A stretch of DNA of 63,817 bases, filler included, from Stramenopiles sp. TOSAG23-2 (GCA_900128395.1; 32 parts of 32 records of this genome joined end to end with filler, not necessarily neighbours in it), one strand, 5' to 3'; counted from the first letter of the whole stretch, positions 1 through 10,441 are shown. Notes: a model not told the origin generated them from the letters alone. Numbers and translations are program-made.

Positions 1-475
1 GCTCATTCGATAGCGGTGAGGCTGTCAAAGTGAAAGATCCTGTTGTGAACAACAACCGGTAACTATCCGGATAAAGATCTTGAAGTGCACGGTTGTGGCA
101 AAAAGCCGCGGTTTTGATCACTTTAGCTTGTAGATTTCTACAAGTTTCATTGACCCATTGTGCTTTAAGCCAATTTAATTTTTGTTTCGTGGCAGAAGAA
201 AGTGTAAACTATATATATGTTAATATAAAATTTTTTTACTCCCGTTTATTAACATCTCAAATCAAAAATGATTTAAAAAATTCTCTTATTTATTTATATA
301 TATATGTGTTTTTCTCTTACTCATATGTATATATATATATATATATATAATATATATATATCATGTGATTTACAACTTTATGAAGGAGTAGCTCTTTCGT
401 CTAACTCTTGAAATAAAAATATATGAAATACACACTCACATGTTTCCATTCACACAGTTTTTATATAATATACAT

Positions 476-554
476 CATCGTCCTCAAGAATCAACATATC
501 TTTTGGTTATATTATAATTTATTTTTATATCTTGATTAGCTATCATTTTCGATG
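476..554 (-). promoter_or_regulatory. Candidate eukaryotic SECIS element (type II-like) in the 3' UTR of the MGMT-DUF3253 gene
   Basis: Minus-strand RNA reads CAUCG-AAA-AUGA-U-AG(CU)AAUCAA.G.AUAU-[AAAAAUAAA UUAU AAU AUAA CCAAAAG]-AUAU.G.UUGAUU-CU-U-GA-GGA-CGAUG. This gives helix I, an AUGA (546-543)/GA (485-484) core, helix II, and an A-rich apical loop with a ministem. It starts about 35 nt after the TAA stop. Helix II is slightly longer than canonical. Confidence 0.65.
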
Positions 555-588
555 TTTACATGTGTGTGGTCCACATAATGTATTTGAC

Positions 589-1317
589 TTATTTCAATTG
601 TAACCTAATTGGCCCACGATATTGTTCTTCAGTATCTAATACCTTGCCTTTTTGTAAAACGTTTAAAATTCCTTTCCGAACAAGACTTCTACTTGCCTGA
701 CGAACAGGATCCATATATTCTCTCCATTTCAAATTCTTATATTTTGGTTTTTTCACAATATTCCTAGGAATTTCTGAGGGTCAGCATGTCTTTCCTTTTG
801 CACGTTTTTTCAACAGCCCCACAATTTCTTGCTCAAGCATTTTCTGCGTAATTATGATTTTTCTTTGAATCATCTCCACCTTCTTTCTCTCTTTATTCAT
901 TTTATCTTTACTTTCAGAATTGCCTTTGTTTTTTTTACCCCCGGTTAATTTAACTTTTTTATATTTATACATGCATTCCATAACAACACGGCCATTATTA
1001 TCAAATTTAACACCTTCTTGTTCCAGCAAGGCAAACTTTCTTTTTACATTTGGTTGTCCTTTTCCCCACTGACCTGAAAATCCACCCAATTGACGATCTG
1101 CTGCTATTACTCTATGTCAAGGCACTTCAGGTGCAAATGGATTATGCCGCATTGCTTGCCCAACTGCTCTTGCACATGAATTAACTGATTTAGCAACATC
1201 TCCATATGTTGATACTTTTCCTTTCGGTATTGTTTTTACATATTCAAATACCTTTTCTCTAAACGGTGTTATTGTGACATGTTTTTGTTGTTGCGACTTT
1301 TCCTTTTTTACCCTCAT
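589..1317 (-). CDS. MGMT: O6-alkylguanine-DNA alkyltransferase (MGMT DNA-binding/active-site domain) fused to a DUF3253-like domain; predicted selenoprotein with in-frame UGA at codons 67 and 179
   Basis: Hand translation gives IPKGKVSTYGDVAK..ARAVGQAMRHNPFAPEVP-[TGA 1119-1117]-HRVIAADRQLGGFSG..LLEQEG, then KTC-[TGA 783-781]-PSEIPR..WREYMDPVRQASRSLVRKGILNVLQKGKVLD..RGPIRLQLK-TAA. ORFs 1117..1317 and 781..1089 are in the same frame. Confidence 0.88.
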
Positions 1318-1705
1318 CTAAATATATATATATACATATATACATGGAAACGCCTCTATGATTCTATATCTTTTTGTATATATACAGTTCGTAGTTAAAT
1401 ATGTATTTATATATACAACAAGCTCTGGAGATATTGATTTTCATACATTATTTGTTGGGGTGTATGTTGTTCTGGTGTTCTTCGGTGTTGTCCAGGTTGT
1501 TCCATATCAGTTTAATCAAGACAGTAGTATAATATTCGTACCAAGTAGTGTGTTGTGCTGTGGTTAAACTTTATTTGAGCGAGCAAGAATAAATTATATC
1601 TCCCACACGTAAATAACGTAATGTTTTTATTTTCCCCGAAACACACACACACACTCCAGCAGAGTTGTGGCATTCTCTCTCTCTCTCTCTCTTCGCTCCA
1701 AATTT

Positions 1706-1909
1706 TTAACATTTATCAGGATAATCTAAATTAGTTTTATCAAAATAGTCATCCATTTGCTCAACAACCTGTTTCAAACCGGAGTTCAACAATTCAGCTA
1801 AAACATCTTTCAATGCTTTAATTTCTCGCTCCTTCATATTTTCTTCCTCAATATACAATTGCTATCAAGAATTGGCGAGCATGAAAAGGCCTGTAAAATT
1901 TATAAAGAT
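1706..1909 (-). CDS. 3' fragment of a possible Mediator subunit MED7-like gene, with an apparent frameshift
   Basis: LYKFYRPFHARQFLI resembles the MED7 YRPHQARE motif; another frame continues EEENMKEREIKALKDVLAELL..DKC-stop. Cut by the scaffold end. Confidence 0.3.
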
Positions 1910-2009
1910 NNNNNNNNNNNNNNNNNNNNNNNNNNNNNNNNNNNNNNNNNNNNTTAATTAATTAANNNNNNNNNNNNNNNNNNNNNNNNNNNNNNNNNNN
2001 NNNNNNNNN
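1910..2009. other. Artificial scaffold spacer (first of 31): N44-TTAATTAATTAA-N44, with stops in all six frames
   Basis: The same 100-bp spacer recurs about every 2 kb, the flanking pieces are unrelated, and they are sorted by decreasing length. Confidence 0.98.
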
Positions 2010-2261
2010 ATGTTGTATTTGTAAGAAAACACAATGAAATAGAGTTGATCTATATCTAAATCTTTATGATTAGATATTCTCGTCTATAATGTATTAATCT
2101 AATTAATAATTATTCTAGAATTAAATATTATTTTTTTTGAATTGAAAAAAAAAGCACCACAGCAACCACAACAAAAGTAGAAGAAGAAGGAAGAAGTGCA
2201 ACAACCTATATTCATGAAAATCAAAAAAAAATGTTGTTGGGCGAGATCTAATATTCCATAT

Positions 2262-3268
2262 TAGTGCTGTGTCTATACTATATAGAAAACCTAAAACATA
2301 CACGAAAAGAATGCAGTCGTTTCCATTGCTGCTTGATTATTATTATTTCTGCCAGGTGCAAACGGATACACACATTTGTTTATGGTTGCTTATCTTTAAT
2401 ATCTTAATGTATGTCATTTTTATAAATGCATCAGGATACTCACAAAACTGTCTACATACAACATCATAAGCCTTGCTACCTGTATACAAGTTTAAACCCA
2501 TTGCACTTACCAATGCTACATATAACAAAAAATCATCTAATGCATTTATTAGTTTCCAATTTATGAAATTCTTTTGGATTCCTATAAAGACAAGTTTGGA
2601 TCCATCACGGAAGTGAAATATTAGATCAGCATTTGTTTCACCTTTTATTGCTTGTTCTAAATCATGTTGAGTATTAAATATTGCCAGTGATCCATTTTGA
2701 ACAAAGTGAATTTTCAATGCAAATAGCTCATATTTTTTGTCTTTGGTCTCAATTGTTAATGCAATAAGTAAAAATTGTTAATAATGCAACAAGCCAAACC
2801 TTGCTCACATTTCTGCATTGTTGGCAGCCCAGCTAACTGGGTGTTTTTAGGAATAGTTTCGTTGGCCTTGGCAAACATTACACCAGAAAAAGGCAGGTGT
2901 TTCATAAAAAAAAACAAACAAAACGATTGTTCCATAATAACAAGAAGTTGAAAAACGATATTTGGGGCACTCCAAAATAATTCTCCTCATTTTAAATAAT
3001 ACGTGAAATATTAGCAAAAACAGCAAATATTAGCAAAAATGGCACAAAATAATAACAATCTTCATATGGCCATCCATTATCAGGAGGCAATGGTCAATAA
3101 ATTGGATTGCGAGCGCAATATATCCAAATTCTACGTCAGGAATATTCAATGATGCACGGAGGGAATCAACCACCATTAAATTTTGAGGCGCAAATAACAA
3201 TATATATATGTTTACGGCGGGTGTCTCGTATAACTTGTCGTGCACTCGTTAGCATAGACACAGCATTA
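2262..3268. mobile_element. Candidate non-autonomous TIR element (about 1 kb) with degenerate internal ORFs
   Basis: TAGTGCTGTGTCTAT (2262-2276) and ATAGACACAGCATTA (3254-3268) are inverted with 1 mismatch. The same motif recurs near 3652, 26369 and 26457. Confidence 0.4.
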
Positions 3269-3302
3269 CTAATAGCTCATGCTAATCCCATCGTAGAAAC
3301 AG

Positions 3303-3851
3303 CTGGCTAGCTCAGACAGCCAGACGACACAGCCAGACGTGCAGACGACAGCACATTTAAAATTAAAAATGAATAATGACTCATCCTCTCTCCGCCTCAA
3401 GTTCGAACGGGAATAGCATTGAGACCAGAAAATCAGTATCGTTCATTATCGTTCACTCTAATTTTCCAATTTTTTGGCATACATGAAGATAATCTATAAC
3501 AATATCCGAAAAAATAAAATATAATGTGTTAAAATATTATTTCATTACACATACTATGATAAGATGATTTCCATATTTATATTTTCAGATTCCCAAAATT
3601 TAGAACAATTTTATTGAACGATAAATCTCATTTTTTCATCTTTTATCTAGCATGGACACAGCATCAGTGAACGATAATGAACGATACGGATTTTCTGGTC
3701 TCTATGCTATTCCCATGCTAAAGTATCGTTCACTGAAAAAAATAGACTGGGCTAGCTCAGACAGCCAGCTGGGCCAGACGACAGCCAGACGTGCAGACGA
3801 CACAGCACATTTAAAATTAAAAATGAATAATGACTCATCCTCTCTCCGCCT
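3303..3851. repeat. Imperfect direct repeat of about 100 bp (3303-3398 and 3748-3851) flanking a MITE-like element
   Basis: GCTAGCTCAGACAGCCAG..GTGCAGACGAC..CAGCACATTTAAAATTAAAAATGAATAATGACTCATCCTCTCTCCGCCTC occurs twice with small indels. Confidence 0.85.
3409..3714. mobile_element. MITE-like element, 306 bp, with 49-bp terminal inverted repeats (GGG...CCC ends)
   Basis: 3409-3457 and 3666-3714 are reverse complements with 2 mismatches. The interior is AT-rich and non-coding. No clear target-site duplication. Confidence 0.65.
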
Positions 3852-4018
3852 CTCCCTCGAACAACGAAGAAAGATGATTATAAATACTGTAATATCATAA
3901 ATATGATATTATACATANNNNNNNNNNNNNNNNNNNNNNNNNNNNNNNNNNNNNNNNNNNNTTAATTAATTAANNNNNNNNNNNNNNNNNNNNNNNNNNN
4001 NNNNNNNNNNNNNNNNNC

Positions 4019-5398
4019 TTGAAAGCACAACCATCCCGCCCATATAAAAAATTCTCTTATGCTCGTCCAAATATTCGCAGCGTCAAGCCTCGTCTCTCTG
4101 CACCAGGTGTGAAAAATTTGAAATTTATGATTCGAGGAAGCAATTTTGGTCCACACTTATCGAAAGTTATTGTTCATATCGGGAAACAAGAATGTAAAAA
4201 AGTGCATTTCTTCAATGACAGTGCCCTTTCGTGTATATTGCCACAAGTTCGCGTTGGTAAATTTAATGTTAAAGTTACTGTTGGTGGACAACCAAATAAA
4301 AAGAATAAATTTTTCGAAAGTTCCCCTCCAGAAATTGAAACGATCACTCCACAATCTGGTCCAAGTCGCGGTGGATACCCAATCACAATTAAAGGTATTA
4401 ACTTCATCAAGGATGCACATGCAGAACATGTAGTCAGTGTAAGTGGTTTGAAATGCAGCAATGTATTGGTATCTAGCAATACTGAACTTACATGCAATGT
4501 ACCAAAAGGTATTGCTGGCATCCAGAACATTACAGTAATTGTCAATGGTAATCCATCCGAGCCAAGCCAAGACTTTGCATATAATTCACCATTCGTAGCA
4601 GGCTCGGTGCCTAACCATGGTAATAAAGTTGGTGGACAAAGAATTATTATCAAAGGTAGAGACTTCGGCAGCCGTAGACCTAAGAAAGGTGATCTTGTTG
4701 CTTCAGTTGGCGGTAAAGCATGTCAAAAAACGAAATGGATCTCTGATTCAGAAGTTGAATGCGTAGTACCAGAAGGTGAAGGTGCATGTAAAGCAATTCA
4801 AGTACGTGTTGGCAAAAAGGATAGTCAAGTTAGCCGTATAAATACAATGTGGCACTATGACAATCCAGCTGATGCTGAGAAAAGTTTTGTTCAAGATTTA
4901 GATGAAAACAATTTTGATAAGATCGTAAACGGTGATTCACCAGTATTGATCAAATTCTGCACGCCAAAATGCGAACATTGCAGAGCATTGAAACCAATTT
5001 ACAAAGAATTAGCAAGATTGTTGAAATGTAAAAAAGTTGTTATCGCAGCTGTACGAGCAGATACACACCCAGCATTAGCAAAGAGATTTGCATTGAATGA
5101 TTTCCCAAGATTGTTATGGTTCCCAGAGGGTAGAACACAACCACAAGGTGAATTCCAAGGCAATGCTAAGGCTGAATATTTGTTAGGATGGTTAGCAAAT
5201 CAAATGGGAGTCAAAAATCAATTATACGGTAATGGCAAAGTACCAGTTGACGCAACGCAGCCACAAGATCAAGAAAGACCATTGGCTGGTGGCTTGATTG
5301 GAGCTGTACAGAGTGGCATGAAACGATGTAGTGCAAAAAAAGAAGCACCTGCACCATCGCAAATGGAAAAACTACCTACAGACATCAAAAGACTTTAA
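4019..5398 (+). CDS. Protein with three IPT/TIG domains and a C-terminal thioredoxin/PDI-like domain; 5' partial
   Basis: Repeated P-x-I-x-x-I-x-P-x-x-G-x3-GG..ITIKGxNF..C..C-x-x-P TIG pattern, followed by LDENNFDKIVNGDSPVLIKFCTPKCEHCRALKPIY..FPRLLWFP (Trx fold, CEHC). Confidence 0.8.
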   Translation: MKAQPSRPYKKFSYARPNIRSVKPRLSAPGVKNLKFMIRGSNFGPHLSKVIVHIGKQECKKVHFFNDSALSCILPQVRVGKFNVKVTVGGQPNKKNKFFESSPPEIETITPQSGPSRGGYPITIKGINFIKDAHAEHVVSVSGLKCSNVLVSSNTELTCNVPKGIAGIQNITVIVNGNPSEPSQDFAYNSPFVAGSVPNHGNKVGGQRIIIKGRDFGSRRPKKGDLVASVGGKACQKTKWISDSEVECVVPEGEGACKAIQVRVGKKDSQVSRINTMWHYDNPADAEKSFVQDLDENNFDKIVNGDSPVLIKFCTPKCEHCRALKPIYKELARLLKCKKVVIAAVRADTHPALAKRFALNDFPRLLWFPEGRTQPQGEFQGNAKAEYLLGWLANQMGVKNQLYGNGKVPVDATQPQDQERPLAGGLIGAVQSGMKRCSAKKEAPAPSQMEKLPTDIKRL

Positions 5399-6536
5399 GC
5401 TAAAATAAATGAAGAAAGTTCTTGTGAAACAACAAAATAGTGAAAACAAAAAGAAAAGAAAATCAAATAGTCAGATAGGAAAAAAAAATATGAACGAAGA
5501 GTGTATTTTTAAAAAAAAATAAAAAAATATATTTTAAAAGCTTCGTATAAATTTAATATATTTTTAATACGAAGTATATGTTACATAATCTCTACTCAAA
5601 TCTACACACATATTTAAATTTACACCATTGTGTGTTGTACGAAGCGTACGAGTATTACGTACATCTCTCGCATATATTTATATTATTTTTTATTTTATTT
5701 GTGTTCTAATATTTATTCCACATTATTTTCCATTTCTTTTTCGGGTTTTGAAAAATATTTAATCATATGATACTCATATAAAGATGTTGTATCATACATA
5801 TATTATATATAATAATATATCATATTAATATAAAGATGTTGTATAATATATATAATATCGATGTAATTATATATATACATATAAATAATATCGTCTCCAA
5901 TAATTAATATGGTAATAAATCGTNNNNNNNNNNNNNNNNNNNNNNNNNNNNNNNNNNNNNNNNNNNNTTAATTAATTAANNNNNNNNNNNNNNNNNNNNN
6001 NNNNNNNNNNNNNNNNNNNNNNNATTGAAAGATGTTGTTCAAGACGAACAACTAAATGGAAAAGAGGAAGAGGAAACACATAAAAAATAATGAGAAAACA
6101 ATTATAACACTCTGTGTGTGGAGTGTGAATGTGTGAATATAAAAAATTATTAAAACATGGAATACTGAATACATACGCATACAACACCTGGAACTCTCTA
6201 AAGCGTAAATTATAAAAAATGAGAAAACAATTAACAACACTGTGTGTGGAGTGTGAATGTGAAAATATAAAAAATATACGACTCGTAATAAAATGGAATA
6301 CTGAATACATACGCATACAACACCTGGAACTCTCTAAAGCGTAAATATTAGTTGATCTCTATATAGTCACATCATCTCTCTCATTTTTTATGTTTCCACG
6401 CGTTTCCCCTCTCCTCTCTATCGCGTTCTTTCATTTCAATGCGGGGGTTGTTTTATGTCAATTGAATTCCATTTGAACTAACAACAAATAGAAATAATAG
6501 AAATAATATTGAAATAATGTTGAAGTATACATAACA

Positions 6537-6572
<36 letters not shown>

Positions 6573-6576
6573 CAAC

Positions 6577-7632
6577 ATGGCATCCATCACAGAACAAGAA
6601 GATAAAGTGGACGACGGTGAGGATGAAATTAAAAACATATACGATATATGTGGTATACCAGGTTTGTTTAAACATATTTTAATATTTTTAAAAGTTAAAT
6701 CTATATTAAACTTGAAAGAGTCTTGTTTAGTGAAAAATTTAAATCATACAAGTTTTAATGAGTGTGTAATTGCAGCAATACGTGGGCCAAAACAGTTGTT
6801 TGAGTTATATCGAAGATATAGATTGGAATTTGAAGGAAAGTTAGCATTGGTATGTGCATGTGAAAAAGGACGTATGAATGATATGGTGTTATTTGTGAAT
6901 TTACATCGTTTTCATAAATATATTGAGATGAAAGGTGTGAAAGAAGGTAATATGACATTGAAAGAATACGTGAATCAAGTCGGTAGAAATAGTAACGGTC
7001 GTAGATGGACACCTTTAATGATAGCAGCATACTACGAACATTTCCAAATAGTTAAATATTTGATTGAACAAGGTGAAGCTGATCCTAATATTNNNNNNNN
7101 NNTAATGGTAATAATAATAATAATATGACATTGAAAGAATACGTGAATCAAGAAGGTGAAAATAGTTATGGTGATAAATATACACCTTTAATGGCAGCTG
7201 CAAGGAACGAACATTTCCAAATAGTTAAATATTTGATTGAACAAGGTGAAGCTGATCCTAATATTGCAGATAGTGAATATGGAAGGAATGCATTACATTG
7301 GGCAGCACGTAATAACAAAAAGGATACGGAGTTGATTGAGTTGTTATTAACTAATATGTCTCTTAATAGCATTAATAAGAAGACCGGGTCCAGGGGATCC
7401 ACTCCCCTGGACTGGGCATATAATAATAATAAAAGTCCAATTAAACAAAAGATCATTGATCTTATACGTTCAAAAGGTGGAAAAAAATTCTCTTAATAGC
7501 ATTAATAAGAAGACCGGGTCCAGGGGATCCACTCCCCTGGACTTGGCATATTTATATAATAAAAGTCCAATGAAACAAAAGATCATTGATCTTATACGTT
7601 CAAAAGGTGGAAAACGTGGAAGTGAATTGTAA
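6577..7632 (+). CDS. Ankyrin-repeat protein with an F-box-like N-terminus; the assembly interleaves two allelic or paralogous versions around an N10 gap
   Basis: TPLMIAAYYEHFQIVKYLIEQGEADPNI, GRNALHWAA and TPLD ankyrin repeats; N-terminal IPGLFKHILIFLKVKSILNL. Segments are duplicated around 7093-7102 and at 7490-7615. Confidence 0.75.
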
Positions 7633-8603
7633 AATGCAGATTGGTAGAAATGTAGGAGTAACGCAAAAATTAAATGATGTGATTGATTCATTAAATGAAA
7701 AACATACGAATAGTAAATTGAAAGATGTTGTTCAAGACGAACAACTAAATGGAAAAGAGGAAGAGGAAACAACACATAAAAAATGAGATTGATTTAGTGA
7801 CACGGATAATATATATATATATATGACAGCCGAAAAGATCAAAGGTGCCGATTTTACACATAGGATAATTTTTATACTCTTAGTATATTAATCATATTTA
7901 AAAATTACTTTTTTGTGCACAAAAATGCANNNNNNNNNNNNNNNNNNNNNNNNNNNNNNNNNNNNNNNNNNNNTTAATTAATTAANNNNNNNNNNNNNNN
8001 NNNNNNNNNNNNNNNNNNNNNNNNNNNNNTGGCAGTTTTTATTAAGTTAGGTTGTGTGCATCTAGCCAACATAAGAATAATTTTGTTACCCATATTGTTT
8101 TTCTTATTTATTATTTTTTTCAATTGATTTAATTGTATTGGTTTCACAGATTGTAATGATACTCTGCACGATAGTTCGGAGGATGTATATATAACAAAAG
8201 GCAATGAACATTGTTTTTTAAATATTATAAATTTATATTTATATATTTAAATAAGATAAAATGGAATGATTGATGGATCCCGGGATTAAAAATAATCGCA
8301 AATTTCACGAAATATAATAATAGCATAGATATACCATTGTGATCTTCCCAGCTTGGGTTTGAAGGTAAAGCGGTGGCATCACCAAAAATAGCAATATACA
8401 AAATCATAATATCTTTTTCTTATGTTGATTATATTAATATAAGAACATCAACTAAGAAAAAATAAAAATACTTCAATCTATATGGGAAAAGAAGATAGTC
8501 GTACCAGTTTTTTTTTTTCGTATTGTATATAGATCATAGTAACGTATCTAGAAGTGTATACATATTATAGATACTAAACAACATTACAGAAAGTAAAAAA
8601 AGT

Positions 8604-9674
8604 ATGGCACAATATATTGAAGATGATTTACCAACAAAATTAGTAAAAGATGGGTCTGTACCATTTGCAGTAATTATACCAATAACGCGTCAAATGAATG
8701 AAAAGATACCACTAATATTAAATTTACATGGTGGTGGTGGAAGTCGTGAAGGATTAAAAGAAGAAATGCCATCTTACAACCAAGGGTGGGCTGATAATAC
8801 GATTCCTAAATGTATTGTTGCTCGGATTTCAGGTAAAAATAAATTCTATTCAAATTTAAATGATGGAACAGAACAATGGAGGACATTTCTTACAGATGAA
8901 TTCATACCGTTCATTGAAAAAAAATTCAATTGCGGTGGTTCACAAAAATATAGATATGGATGTGGAGTATCAATGGGAGGACATGGGACATTAAAATTAG
9001 CTTTTCACGATCCAACACTTTTTGCCGCTATTGCTGCTATGGAGCCGGGTATTGATGCAGCAATACATCCATCTGAAATTAATGAACGAAATTATTTGAA
9101 TGGCCGCAACCTATCTAGCACCATGATCGAGACAAAATCAATGCTTGGTGGGACTGAGGCATCCAAATATGATTTGAACACATATGCAAATTGGAATCCA
9201 GCAAGTGTATTAAATAAAAATGCAAAGTTAATTAAACACAGTGAGATGAAAATTTTTTTAGAAGTTGGTGATCAAGATTGGTTAAATTTACATGAAGGGG
9301 CGGAATACTTACATCGTTTAATGTGGGATTTTGGTATTGAACATGAGTATCATTTATTTAACGACGGTGACCATCTCGGCCCTTCATTAAAAAAGCGTAC
9401 AAAAATAGCAAACGATTGGTTGTATGACCATATTAATAAAAATTTAAATCCTACAAAACCAGAAGATTTGGAACCTACACCAGACGAACTGAAATGGATG
9501 GAATGGATGATGAGTGGTGGTTTAGCAAAAGGAATTCCTATGGTAGGTAAACCAGTTGATTTTAGTACAGAACGTGGATTGAAAATGATGAGGGAAAATA
9601 CTCAAAAATTAGGAAAACCAAACGATGGACCTGATTTTATCGGTCGTTTTCGTTGGAGATCATCAAAGTTATAA
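8604..9674 (+). CDS. Alpha/beta-hydrolase, putative esterase (S-formylglutathione hydrolase/Antigen85-type family), C-terminal PTS1 -SKL
   Basis: LHGGGG, FLTDEFIPFIE, nucleophile elbow GVSMGG, EVGDQD, GDH; the protein ends SSKL. Confidence 0.85.
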   Translation: MAQYIEDDLPTKLVKDGSVPFAVIIPITRQMNEKIPLILNLHGGGGSREGLKEEMPSYNQGWADNTIPKCIVARISGKNKFYSNLNDGTEQWRTFLTDEFIPFIEKKFNCGGSQKYRYGCGVSMGGHGTLKLAFHDPTLFAAIAAMEPGIDAAIHPSEINERNYLNGRNLSSTMIETKSMLGGTEASKYDLNTYANWNPASVLNKNAKLIKHSEMKIFLEVGDQDWLNLHEGAEYLHRLMWDFGIEHEYHLFNDGDHLGPSLKKRTKIANDWLYDHINKNLNPTKPEDLEPTPDELKWMEWMMSGGLAKGIPMVGKPVDFSTERGLKMMRENTQKLGKPNDGPDFIGRFRWRSSKL

Positions 9675-10441
9675 AAAGTAATCTGACAATTTGTATTTTT
9701 GTGACAACATACGAGAGAGTAATAAAAAATACTTTATATAAAAACATATGTGTGCGTGTGTGACGTACATGTATAATCTTTGATCCATTCATTATAATAT
9801 TATGTTAGAGGGTACATAATTACGACTTAAAATGTTAGAGACCAGAGACCATCATTGAATTTATCTATATTTTTATCTATTTTTTATATTGGCCTCATCA
9901 TATTACTATACTGTGCTACTGTATTAGCATTAGCANNNNNNNNNNNNNNNNNNNNNNNNNNNNNNNNNNNNNNNNNNNNTTAATTAATTAANNNNNNNNN
10001 NNNNNNNNNNNNNNNNNNNNNNNNNNNNNNNNNNNTATATATATATATATATATATATATATTCATCCTCTCCAACTTATATCATATTTACAATATATGT
10101 CATAATAATATATAATATATATTCATGATTCATAACATATCTTTTGATCAAAAAATCAATAGTGAGTAGTGTTATTAGTATCAATAGCTAGCTATGCACG
10201 TATTATTATGTTAATGTGCGAGGAGGTATAGGAGGTATAGATATTATAGAGGAGGCGGAGATAATTATAATTATTTATTGCAAATTGCAAAGTGCAAAAC
10301 CATATATGCAAGAGTGATTACGTAGATCAGAAAAAATAGAGAGAGAGAGAATTCTGTGTGTGATATATACGTATATATACGGACGCACACACATATATAC
10401 ATCTATAGATACATTATATAGTATTTCTATGATCACAAGTA

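Noticed and set aside
93-350. Numerous short I/Y/F/L-rich ORFs in the track (for example 93..350, 12102..12413, 63276..63740)
   Set aside because: They are translations of (TA)n/(TAT)n microsatellites or antisense shadows of real genes.
1117-1119. TGA read as Trp (ATL-type PWHRV, code 4) or as general UGA=Cys recoding
   Set aside because: TGA terminates several normal genes in the window, other genes show no internal TGA, the second TGA aligns with a conserved Cys rather than Trp, and a SECIS-like element is present. A pseudogene is not formally excluded.
1954-1965. Regularly spaced TTAATTAATTAA as a biological repeat, and ORFs ending in X..LIN
   Set aside because: This is a synthetic six-frame-stop linker embedded in N runs.
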